Source: Halarcobacter sp. (GTDB lineage Bacteria; Campylobacterota; Campylobacteria; Campylobacterales; Arcobacteraceae). From it: DNA of 64,000 nt. Under the pieces are notes generated by a model. The model searched no databases and was not told the origin of the DNA. It worked only from the letters and a program-made list of their open reading frames with translations. Below are positions 19,754 to 28,684 of this stretch, piece after piece. The first letter of the stretch is position 1. Every line of letters starts with the position of its first letter. The DNA is taken from the NCBI GenBank assembly GCA_048571215.1, contig CP182352.1:2336001-2400000 (forward strand). The letters are read 5' to 3'. Made by a program: the position numbers and the translations under genes.

Positions 19754-21453
19754 AAGGCAACTCCTTGTTTATTGTTATATCCTGCACTATTTTTCATATA
19801 ACTTTGCATCATAATTTTAGGTTTACAACTTTCACAACAGTAAAGTGTTTTCTCTTTAATTGGATCAGATTTAAATATTGGAGCCATAATTGAAGCTATT
19901 TTTTCTATAGCTTTTTTAGTGGCGAACTCATTTCCACACTCAACACAAGCAAAGAGCTCATCTTGGGCTAAAACTTCATCTTTGAACCATGAAGGTGTTA
20001 ATTTAATCACATCATGTTGTATTGTTAAACAATCACTTTCTGGACATGAAACTTCACAATAACCACATGAAGTGCATAAAGAAGGATTGAGTCTTAGTGT
20101 ATTATCACTTGGATTTGCAAAAATCGCATCCACATTACAAGCCCCTACACATGATAAACACAAGGTACAATTAGCTTCATTTACTTTTACATGTGCATAA
20201 TGTACATTTGGTCCTGTTTGAACCTCTCCTAGTGTTTCATCTCCAACAAGGTTTTTTAATCTATAAGAGAAAATCTCTCTTTTTTTCATCCCCTCTTGAT
20301 TGAAGTTAAAATAACTCTCAGCTATAAAATCAACCTTTGATATGGCAGCACTCAATTGTTTTTCATCTTTTGCAACTAATATTGCATCTTTTCCATATTT
20401 TTTTTGATATATTTCATTTAAAATATTTATTGAATCACTTGTACCTTTTGACAAAAAATCACTATAAAATATAAGTTGAGATGATGAAATTTGTGCCAAA
20501 GTCAAAAATGTTGCCTCATGGAAAAATTTTTCCCCTTCTATTTTAAAAGGTAAAATATTTTCTTTTAACTCTACATTTAAATTGTCCAATGACATCTTTT
20601 GTGGGATAATTAAAGGATGAGTGTTTTTAAAGTTTAAACTCATCTCATATAAAGAATCTTTGTTTGTAGGAGAATAATCTAACGCACCACTTGGACAAAT
20701 AGAGATACAACCTCCACACCCATGACAATCAACTTGCGAAAAAACCAAATGTCTATTTGTTTCATCTTTTGTGATAGCAACAGTAGGGCATACCTCTTCA
20801 CATCTTCCGCAGATATCTTCTCTTCTTTCATGGTATTGACAAATATTTTTATCATAAGTTGTAAAATTTCTATATTCAAAACTATTTATATTTTCTCTTA
20901 TAGTTTTAAGGGTTTCTTCAACTCCCAATTTTTTAGGGTCATAGGTTCCACTTTGTTTCAAGCTCTCTTCTTTTGCATCAAACCAAATAATTTGGTGTAC
21001 ATTTATATTTACATCTTTTCCTTGATCATCAACTAAAACATTAAGCTCACCTATTTTTCCATCAATCGATTTAAGTATTGATTCATCAATATGAAACATA
21101 TCAAACTCATTTGCTTTGACAAGTCTCATAACTTCACCTGCATTTTCTAAATTTGCTATTAGTAATACTCTATTTCCTATCTCTAAAGGGTAGGTAAAAT
21201 CTTTTGCATTGTCATATTTTAATGAGGCAATATCATATAGTTTTTTTATATTTTCTATTTTTTTTGATACTAAATCTTTAGTATTTTTAATATAAAACTC
21301 AATTTCATTTGCTACAACTTCACTATTTACATCTTTTGAATTTGATATTAGAAAATTATTATTGTTTAGTTGTAAGATATCATTGCTAACTTGTATCTCT
21401 TCATGTAGGGGAAAATCTGGTAATTGTTTAGAATAATAAACATACTCCTGCAT
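19750..21453 (-). CDS. Polyferredoxin-like 4Fe-4S protein associated with FDH
   Basis: Multiple CxxCxxCxxxC motifs (CGRCEEVCP, CHGCGGCISICP, CTLCLSCVGAC, CTSCGYCEVSCP). Confidence 0.88.
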   Translation of the reverse strand: MQEYVYYSKQLPDFPLHEEIQVSNDILQLNNNNFLISNSKDVNSEVVANEIEFYIKNTKDLVSKKIENIKKLYDIASLKYDNAKDFTYPLEIGNRVLLIANLENAGEVMRLVKANEFDMFHIDESILKSIDGKIGELNVLVDDQGKDVNINVHQIIWFDAKEESLKQSGTYDPKKLGVEETLKTIRENINSFEYRNFTTYDKNICQYHERREDICGRCEEVCPTVAITKDETNRHLVFSQVDCHGCGGCISICPSGALDYSPTNKDSLYEMSLNFKNTHPLIIPQKMSLDNLNVELKENILPFKIEGEKFFHEATFLTLAQISSSQLIFYSDFLSKGTSDSINILNEIYQKKYGKDAILVAKDEKQLSAAISKVDFIAESYFNFNQEGMKKREIFSYRLKNLVGDETLGEVQTGPNVHYAHVKVNEANCTLCLSCVGACNVDAIFANPSDNTLRLNPSLCTSCGYCEVSCPESDCLTIQHDVIKLTPSWFKDEVLAQDELFACVECGNEFATKKAIEKIASIMAPIFKSDPIKEKTLYCCESCKPKIMMQSYMKNSAGYNNKQGVAL

Positions 21454-21467
21454 AACCTATGCCTTTT

Positions 21468-21539
21468 GGTAAATTTTATTTTACCTATTTTATATCTTTA
21501 TTAATAAAATTACACTTAATTCATAAATTTTATTTTACC
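21468..21539. promoter_or_regulatory. GGTAAA-N6-TTTACC boxes (21468-21485 perfect; 21522-21539 degenerate)
   Basis: ggtaaa-ttttat-tttacc and cataaa-ttttat-tttacc; 17-bp direct repeat 54 bp apart. Confidence 0.65.
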
Positions 21540-21605
21540 TTTTTGTATTTAAATATATTTTTGTTTACAAATGATATAATTGAAACCTAAAGAGATAGGA
21601 AAAAT

Positions 21606-22757
21606 ATGATATATAGAATGTTTATTGTAGTAGTAACTGTAATAGTTACACTAAGTTTATTTAATACTAATAAAAAATATAATGCAGAAACAATAATACT
21701 GGGCACTTCTTTACCAAAAAACGGAATTATAAAAGAGTGGGGAATTAGTGTATTAACTGGGGCTAATGCATATTTTCAATACGCAAATGAAAAAAAACTT
21801 TTAGATAAAAGAAGTATTCATCTTCTTAGTTATGATGATAAATATGAACCTGATTTAACATATGCAAATACTAAAAAATTGATTACTGAGGATAATATTT
21901 TTGCACTTTTTGGATTTGTAGGAACACCAACAGTAAAAAGAATTTTACCATTAATAGAAAATACAAATATCCCTTTTATAGCACCCTTTACAGGAGCTAG
22001 TTTTTTAAGAGATAAACGATATACAAATATTATCAATTTAAGAAGTAGTTATAAACAAGAGGTTTATAAAATTGTAAAATATCTAAAAAATAAAAAAAAT
22101 ATTAGTAATATTGCAGTATTTTATCAAAATGATGACTATGGAGAAGAGGTTTACTCTTCACTTTTAAATGTTTTAGATGAAAATCAACTAAAGCTAGTAA
22201 GTGAAGGGAGTTATAAAAGAAACACCCTTTCCATAAGCCATGCCTTACATACTATGAAAAATAAAAAAATTGGTGCAATTGTAATGGTTGGGGCATATAA
22301 GGCCAATGCTTTATTTATCAAAAAAGCTAGACAAATTGAGAGTCTAAAAGATACTATTTTTGCAACAGTATCATTTGGTGATGCAAATGCAATGATAAAA
22401 GAATTAGATTACAAAAGTAAAAACCTAATTTTTTCTCAAGTTATTCCAAGCTACAACAATATTTCACTAGATATTGTAAATGAATATCATAAAATATATT
22501 CAAAATATTATCCAAAAAGAGAGTATAGTTTTATCTCTTTTGAAGCCTTTATTGCAGCAAAGGCTGTTGTAAAATCTTTACAAAAAGTTGAAGATAATCT
22601 AAGTAGAGAGAATTTTATTGAAGCCTTAAAAAATCTTAATGGAAATGATATAAAAGATTTAAATATAAAATTTAAAAACCAACAATTATTAAATAAAACA
22701 TATCTTTATAAGTATGAAGATTCAAAATTTAAAGAGATAAAATATGAACTTAGATAG
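21606..22757 (+). CDS. Periplasmic ligand-binding protein (LivJ/AmiC-like fold), sensor partner
   Basis: YDDKYEP, FALFGFVGTPT, NLRSSY, FYQNDDYG; overlaps the kinase gene; no permease nearby. Confidence 0.8.
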   Translation: MIYRMFIVVVTVIVTLSLFNTNKKYNAETIILGTSLPKNGIIKEWGISVLTGANAYFQYANEKKLLDKRSIHLLSYDDKYEPDLTYANTKKLITEDNIFALFGFVGTPTVKRILPLIENTNIPFIAPFTGASFLRDKRYTNIINLRSSYKQEVYKIVKYLKNKKNISNIAVFYQNDDYGEEVYSSLLNVLDENQLKLVSEGSYKRNTLSISHALHTMKNKKIGAIVMVGAYKANALFIKKARQIESLKDTIFATVSFGDANAMIKELDYKSKNLIFSQVIPSYNNISLDIVNEYHKIYSKYYPKREYSFISFEAFIAAKAVVKSLQKVEDNLSRENFIEALKNLNGNDIKDLNIKFKNQQLLNKTYLYKYEDSKFKEIKYELR

Positions 22758-24291
22758 ATTAATCTCCTTTTTTGACAATCTTGCCTTTGGCAACAAAACC
22801 AACTTTCTTATTCTAATTATTGCAAGTGGAATGTTTTGTATTATAGTACTTTCTCAAATATCAACTTACTCTATAAAAAGTGATTATGAAAGATTATTTG
22901 AAAAAAGAACTAAGCCATTAATACTTTTGGAAAACCTAAAAGATGTATATGAGATAAATATCCAAGATACAATTTATGATATAAAAAACAATGCTATTTC
23001 ATATAAAAATGGAAAAGAGGTATTAGACTTAGCTAAAAAGCTTTCTACTAGTTATTGGAGTAAATATAAAATTAACAGATTTGATGACTTTGAAAATAAC
23101 TATTTTCTAAGATTTATAAAAAAGCTTTTTTTAAAAAAAGAAAAAAATGTAACAAAAGATATATTACTAAATGCACTTATCAATAATATTGACACTAAGT
23201 TTAAAAATATAAATAGCTATATTGATAAATTTGATTTAAATACTTATGATGAATTAAACTATGAAATAAATAGTGTAAAGGTATATATAACAAGTTTGAT
23301 TAACCATGATTTAAAAGTTGCAATAGAAGAGAAAAGAGATACGGATATACTTTTTAACTATATCTCTTTATTTTCTATCATCTCAATTATTTTTGTATTT
23401 TTATTCTCAATTTTATTATCCGTATTGATTATAAATCACTTTAAGAAACTTCATAATCTTTTAGAATTAAAAGTTGAAAATAAAACAAAAGAGCTAGTTG
23501 AATTAAATGATAATCTTGAAAAAAGAATCAATAAAGAGGTAAAAAACAGTAGAAAAAAAGATATTATCATGTTTCAACAAGCAAAACTAGCTTCAATGGG
23601 AGAGATGCTAAATAACATAGCCCACCAATGGAGACAACCTTTAGGTTCCATTTCTATGATAATACAAAGTTTCCAAACAAAAATGCAATTTGGAAAATTA
23701 ACTCAAGAGTTTGTTGATACAAAAGTGAAAGATGCCCTATTTTTAGCAGATAATATGTCAAATACCTTAGATGATTTTAAAAATTTTTTCTCTCCAAATA
23801 AAACAAAAAGTGAATTTAGTTTAAAAGATTGTATTGAACACTCTTTTGAATTATCTAAATATATTTTAGATAAATACAATATAGCCCATACAATTGATAT
23901 AAAAAAAGATGTTATCATCAATGGTTTTTACAATGAATTATCCCATGTAATTTTAAATCTAATAAACAACTCAAAAGATGCATTAGTAGATAAAGAGTGT
24001 TGTGTTAGAAAAGAGATAAAAGTGATACTAAAACCTTATAACTCAAAAGTAGTGATAAATTTTATTGATAACGGTGGAGGGATTCCTGATGATATCTTGC
24101 CAAAAATATTTGAACCATACTATACTACAAAATATAAAAGTGCAGGAACAGGAATTGGTCTTTATATGTCAAAACAAATTATAGAAAAACACATGAATGG
24201 TTCAATAGAATGTAAAAATATTAAAAACACCCAACCTTTATGTGAGGATTGTAAATCAACTCTATTTATCATAGAGATTCCCCTAGACTAA
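22744..24291 (+). CDS. Sensor histidine kinase
   Basis: Two TMs, IAHQWRQPL H-box, NSKDA, DNGGG, GTGIGL. Confidence 0.92.
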   Translation: MNLDRLISFFDNLAFGNKTNFLILIIASGMFCIIVLSQISTYSIKSDYERLFEKRTKPLILLENLKDVYEINIQDTIYDIKNNAISYKNGKEVLDLAKKLSTSYWSKYKINRFDDFENNYFLRFIKKLFLKKEKNVTKDILLNALINNIDTKFKNINSYIDKFDLNTYDELNYEINSVKVYITSLINHDLKVAIEEKRDTDILFNYISLFSIISIIFVFLFSILLSVLIINHFKKLHNLLELKVENKTKELVELNDNLEKRINKEVKNSRKKDIIMFQQAKLASMGEMLNNIAHQWRQPLGSISMIIQSFQTKMQFGKLTQEFVDTKVKDALFLADNMSNTLDDFKNFFSPNKTKSEFSLKDCIEHSFELSKYILDKYNIAHTIDIKKDVIINGFYNELSHVILNLINNSKDALVDKECCVRKEIKVILKPYNSKVVINFIDNGGGIPDDILPKIFEPYYTTKYKSAGTGIGLYMSKQIIEKHMNGSIECKNIKNTQPLCEDCKSTLFIIEIPLD

Positions 24292-24333
24292 TTTAAAATA
24301 ATCTTTGATATAATACAAGTTCAAGGATAAGCT

Positions 24334-24999
24334 ATGGTTATAAAAGATTTAAATATTTTAAAAAATTTCAATGTACTTTATATAGAAGATGATGAAAATC
24401 TTTTGACACATACAAAAGATGTTTTAGAAGACTTTGTAAATAATATTTATGCAGTAAAAACAACAAAAGAGGCTTTAGATATCCTTTTCAATAAAAAAGT
24501 TGATATCATAATCTCAGACATTTTATTAAAAAATGAAAATGGTATAGAGTTTTTAAACTACCTAAAAAATGAAAAACAGCTAGAGATACCAGCTATTTTG
24601 ACAACAGCACATACAGATACAAAATACCTATTAGATGCCATAAAATTAAAAGTTGAGAACTATATAGTAAAACCAATAAACATAAAAGAATTGCTTGATA
24701 GTTTGCATGATGTTCTTTTACCTATAATACAAGAAAAAGAGATTCAAAGAAACAATAATATCATAAAAATAATTGGAGCAGTTACAGATAGTAAACAAGT
24801 AGATGTTATAAAATATATTATAAACAATTTAGATACAGACAATCAAATAAACACTTCATATAGTGAGCTTATGGAGATAATCAATATTTCAAAACCAACA
24901 CTTATAAAACTTTTTAAAGAACTTGCCCTAAAAGGAATATTAACAAAGGTACAACACAAAACTTATAGATTTGATGAGCAAGCACTTAAGAAGTTATAA
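24334..24999 (+). CDS. Response regulator with C-terminal HTH
   Basis: REC domain (EDD, SDI, KP); C-terminal ISKPTLIKLFKEL HTH-like segment. Confidence 0.88.
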   Translation: MVIKDLNILKNFNVLYIEDDENLLTHTKDVLEDFVNNIYAVKTTKEALDILFNKKVDIIISDILLKNENGIEFLNYLKNEKQLEIPAILTTAHTDTKYLLDAIKLKVENYIVKPINIKELLDSLHDVLLPIIQEKEIQRNNNIIKIIGAVTDSKQVDVIKYIINNLDTDNQINTSYSELMEIINISKPTLIKLFKELALKGILTKVQHKTYRFDEQALKKL

Positions 25000-25001
25000 G
25001 T

Positions 25002-25277
25002 TTACTGTTTATCTTTAGTAGATACTTCTATAGCTTTATAAGATGTTTTATCTACAGCTTCAATGATATCTTTTAAAGCTAAACTATCTTCATATACAAC
25101 AGTAGCTTTTTTTGTATTTAATCTCACACTTACACTTTTTACTCCAGCAACACTTTTAATAGCTTTTTTAACAGCTGTAGTACACAAAGGGCAGTGCATT
25201 TTAGGGATACTTAAAACTGATATTTTATCAGCAAAACTAAAACTCAAAAATAAAACAAATAGTAAAAAAATCTTCAT
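25002..25277 (-). CDS. MerP-like periplasmic heavy-metal-binding (HMA) protein
   Basis: Signal peptide, MHCPLC HMA motif. Confidence 0.85.
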   Translation of the reverse strand: MKIFLLFVLFLSFSFADKISVLSIPKMHCPLCTTAVKKAIKSVAGVKSVSVRLNTKKATVVYEDSLALKDIIEAVDKTSYKAIEVSTKDKQ

Positions 25278-25280
25278 AAT

Positions 25281-25607
25281 TCAATCCATAAAAAAAGGTA
25301 TTATCTCAGGATAAAAAAGTAAAAAAAGTATAATAATACTTATAGAAAAAGCTAAAAATATTTTTCTTTTTTTTTCTTTTTTATCTACACACTCACATTT
25401 TAAAGGGCTTTTTTTATAAAAAGCGAAAAAAAGCAAAGCAATAGAAACTATTGCCATAGGGATTCTAATAAATCCCAAAGAGCTTAATGTAGAAAAATAA
25501 GCACTTGATACTCCTAAGAATAGAAATAAAAATGCTGGTAAACAACATAAGGTTGACAATAGTGCAGTAAAAACTGCCCCTATTATACTAAGCTTTTTTA
25601 GATTCAT
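25281..25607 (-). CDS. MerT-like membrane transporter
   Basis: STLCCLP vicinal Cys in TM1, three TMs, loop CEC. Confidence 0.8.
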   Translation of the reverse strand: MNLKKLSIIGAVFTALLSTLCCLPAFLFLFLGVSSAYFSTLSSLGFIRIPMAIVSIALLFFAFYKKSPLKCECVDKKEKKRKIFLAFSISIIILFLLFYPEIIPFFMD

Positions 25608-26698
25608 TTATGTTCTTGAGAGGTATAAGAATAAATAAATGTTTTTGGTGAATAATAATCTAATGGATCTTCTCCAACTTCTGCATAAGGGTATCCAAGC
25701 ATATTTAATGGATATTGTGTTGGTTTAGGATTTAGAACAAAATCTCTTGCATAGTTAAAAGCAACCCAGTTCATCTCCCAATTTCCAAACATAAATTTTT
25801 TGGTTTGTTTTGTTTTTTGGCTCTCGTTAGTTAAATTTTCTCCAAGTCTTACTTTTGTAACATCAGCAGGATCAGCTGGAACCCAACCTAAACCATTTAT
25901 ATAAAACTCAGCACGGCAGTGTTGACCACCAGTTATTTTTGCAAAACCATTGTCATCAGCTTTCCCACAAACTTTTGAGATTTTTGATTTACCAGCTCTG
26001 ATACCAAATACTTCCCTTGCAGGAATATTTGCATTTCTTAATAAACAAACAAAAACAGAACTAATATCTGTACATTTTCCACCATAAATTTTTTCCTCAA
26101 GGGCTTTATTAGCATCACCTAAACCACATCCGATTACACTATTGTCTCTATACATAGTTGTAACTGTCCAATCATATATAGCTTGTGCTTTTTCTAATGG
26201 TGTTTTTGCATCTTTTACTATATCTTTTACAAAAGCTTTAAGTTTATCATTTACAGGGATATGTGTTGTAGCTTCAAGAAAAACTTTTTCTTCTTTTTTA
26301 TAATTCATATCATTTTTAGCTAAAGATAAATCAATAAATTTTTGGTGAGTTATTACATCAAAAGTTATATTCAACTCTTTTGTTTCTTTCCCTTTTGGCC
26401 AAAATACATATAAAACTTTTGTATTATAGTCATTTGTTACAATTTCTGCTTTTTTATAGTTACCATTATATGTTATATTTGCCAATTCTTGATACTTAGA
26501 ATTTAATGGGATTGGAACCCAAATTTTTGTATCTTCATCACTTGCTTCAAGTTTATAACTATTTGTAATAGTAAACTTTCTATATCCCTCTTTGATACCA
26601 AAAGGATTTGTTTGAGTTTTTGCAAATGCAAAATTAGGGTTTACTAACATAGTAGTAGATAGTAGTACAGAACCTTTTAAAAATGTTCTTCTTTTCAT
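25604..26698 (-). CDS. Tat-exported transglutaminase-like protein
   Basis: RRTFLK; catalytic triad GGKCTD / QHCRAEF / WVPADP. Confidence 0.85.
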   Translation of the reverse strand: MKRRTFLKGSVLLSTTMLVNPNFAFAKTQTNPFGIKEGYRKFTITNSYKLEASDEDTKIWVPIPLNSKYQELANITYNGNYKKAEIVTNDYNTKVLYVFWPKGKETKELNITFDVITHQKFIDLSLAKNDMNYKKEEKVFLEATTHIPVNDKLKAFVKDIVKDAKTPLEKAQAIYDWTVTTMYRDNSVIGCGLGDANKALEEKIYGGKCTDISSVFVCLLRNANIPAREVFGIRAGKSKISKVCGKADDNGFAKITGGQHCRAEFYINGLGWVPADPADVTKVRLGENLTNESQKTKQTKKFMFGNWEMNWVAFNYARDFVLNPKPTQYPLNMLGYPYAEVGEDPLDYYSPKTFIYSYTSQEHK

Positions 26699-26834
26699 AG
26701 ATTACTCCAAAATTTATTTTGAAGCATATGTAGTCATAAATTTCATGCATAGGATTTATGTCTAACCTAAACCTTAGGTTAATGCTTATTTGTAATCGTA
26801 ACTATAATAAAGAACTTATAAAAGTTTTCTTAAA

Positions 26835-26852
26835 GGTAAAAAAAATTTTACC
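26835..26852. promoter_or_regulatory. GGTAAA-N6-TTTACC box upstream of yedF
   Basis: ggtaaa-aaaaat-tttacc, extending to aaaggtaaaa/ttttaccttt. Confidence 0.65.
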
Positions 26853-26920
26853 TTTTTTTAATATAGATAGATGTAAAATATTTGAACAAAATTATAGCTA
26901 TACTTAAAAAAAGGAAACAA

Positions 26921-27262
26921 ATGGATACTTCAAAAAAAACTCTTTTTCTAAAATCTGATAAAGTGGGTGATGGTGAACTAGGTTCAATGCTAATAAAAGG
27001 TTTTTTAAATGCTATTTATGAACAAAAAGAAACTCCCAAAGCAATTGTTTGTGTTAATAGTGCAGTTTTATTAACAACGGCAAATATAGAAGATGAGATT
27101 GTTCAAATCTTAAAAAAAATAGAAGAGAAAGGGGTGGTTATATACTCTTGCGGAACCTGTTTAGATTATTATGAAAAAAGAGATGATTTAAAAGTTGGTA
27201 TCGCTGGAAATGCTTTAGATACAGCTAAGATGCTCTTAACTGAAAATATAGTTTCACTATAA
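26921..27262 (+). CDS. yedF: YedF-like selenium metabolism sulfurtransferase (DsrE-like domain only)
   Basis: GDGELGSMLIKGF and SCGTCL motifs; upstream of selD; start at MDTSKK behind AAGGA. Confidence 0.8.
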   Translation: MDTSKKTLFLKSDKVGDGELGSMLIKGFLNAIYEQKETPKAIVCVNSAVLLTTANIEDEIVQILKKIEEKGVVIYSCGTCLDYYEKRDDLKVGIAGNALDTAKMLLTENIVSL

Positions 27263-27322
27263 TAAACAATAACAATAAAGAGCTTTTGTAAAAATAATTT
27301 AAATGTTAATTAAGACTTAAAG

Positions 27323-27340
27323 GGTAAAACAAACTTTACT
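27323..27340. promoter_or_regulatory. GGTAAA-N6-TTTACT box upstream of selD
   Basis: ggtaaa-acaaac-tttact. Confidence 0.6.
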
Positions 27341-27473
27341 TTTATAATTTTATTTTAACTAAATAGAGGGTAAAATGTTTATACATTAAACCTATGGAAT
27401 AGGTATACATAAATGTTTTACTTCAATATAACTACTTATATACATATTCCATAACATATAATTCGAGGATAAA

Positions 27474-28508
27474 ATGAGCGACGAATATAAATTAACCAAA
27501 TTCGTATGTGCTGCTGGTTGAGCTGCTAAATTGGGTCCGGGTGATCTTAAACAAACGATTAGTAGTTTAGCAACATATGATGAAAAAGTACTTGTGGGAT
27601 TTGAAAATAGTGATGATGCTTCTGTTTATCAAATAAATGATGATGAAGCAGTTGTACAAACACTTGATTTTATTACACCAGTTGTAGATGATCCATATAT
27701 TTTTGGAAAAATTGCAGCTGCAAACTCTCTATCAGATGTATTCGCAATGGGTGCAGAGGTAAGGACTGCCCTAAATATTGTGGGCTTTGATAGAAAAAAT
27801 TTTGAAAAAGATGCCTTAGGAGAGATACTTAAAGGTGGAAATGAAAAAATAAGAGAGTGTGGTGGATTATTAATGGGTGGACATACTATTGAATCACCTG
27901 AGATGTTTTATGGATTGTCTGTTATGGGGATGGTACACCCTAATAAAATCTATAGAAACAATAGTGCAAAAATTGGTCATGTGTTAGTGCTTACAAAACC
28001 TCTTGGAATGGGTATTTTAACCACAGCAATTAAAAATGATCTTATAGAAGAGAGTACTAAACAAGAGGCAATAAAAATTATGGAGACCCTAAATTATCTC
28101 CCATCAAAAATATTAAGACAATATGATGTAAGTGCTTGTACAGATATTACAGGCTTTGGTCTTTTAGGTCATGCTTTGGAGGCAACTACAGATTTTACCT
28201 CTTTTGCTATTCATTGTGGAATAGTACCAGTTATGCAAGATGCACAAGAGTTAGCTCTACAAGGGGTAGTTCCAGGTGGAACAAAAAGAAATATGAAATA
28301 TATGGAAGATAAAACAACTATAATGTGCCCTACTTCAAAATGTTATCAAATGTATTGTGATGCACAAACCTCTGGTGGCTTGCTAATAGCTATGGATCCA
28401 AATGATGCAAAAGAGTATGTAAAAAAAGTTGAAGAGTTAACTTATGGTTATGCAGCTATTATTGGGGAAGTTATCCCAAGAGGTGTTACACCTATAATTA
28501 TTCACTAA
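27474..28508 (+). CDS. selD: Selenophosphate synthetase, selenocysteine-containing (344 aa; UGA at 27519-27521)
   Basis: GAGGA RBS and ATG at 27474: MSDEYKLTKFVCAAG-U-AAKLGPGDL, in frame with the track ORF; DDA, TLDF, NSLSD, GGHT, DITGFG, QTSGGLL. Confidence 0.95.
27531..27550 (+). promoter_or_regulatory. Candidate SECIS hairpin of selD
   Basis: TTGGGTC-CGGGT-GATCTTAA stem-loop (with G-U pairs) starting 9 nt after the UGA. Confidence 0.55.
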
Positions 28509-28512
28509 AATT

Positions 28513-28611
28513 TGGCGAGAAGGCGTAGGAATCGAACCTACCGCGGTGTTTGTCATCAAAACCGCCATCAGGGTTGAAGCCTGTGGTGTCCACCAGGATC
28601 ACATGCCCCCC
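28513..28611 (-). tRNA. selC: tRNA-Sec (UCA)
   Basis: Anticodon loop CTTCAAC, long variable arm GCGGT...ACCGC, T-arm GTAGG-TTCGATT-CCTAC, GCCA end; between selD and selA. Confidence 0.93.
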
Positions 28612-28666
28612 AAATTTTTTTATTGAGAAGGAATTCTACAATAAAAAGATTAAAAATTTCTAAAAG

Positions 28667-28684
28667 GGTAAAAATGATTTTACT
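28667..28684. promoter_or_regulatory. GGTAAA-N6-TTTACT box overlapping the selA start and upstream of selC
   Basis: ggtaaa-aatgat-tttact. Confidence 0.5.

Noticed and set aside
25275..25283. merT-like TGA stop is in frame with the merP-like ATG (TGA-ATT-ATG), suggesting Sec read-through
   Set aside because: No SECIS-like hairpin follows, the position is not a Cys-equivalent site, and the MerP-like protein has its own signal peptide.
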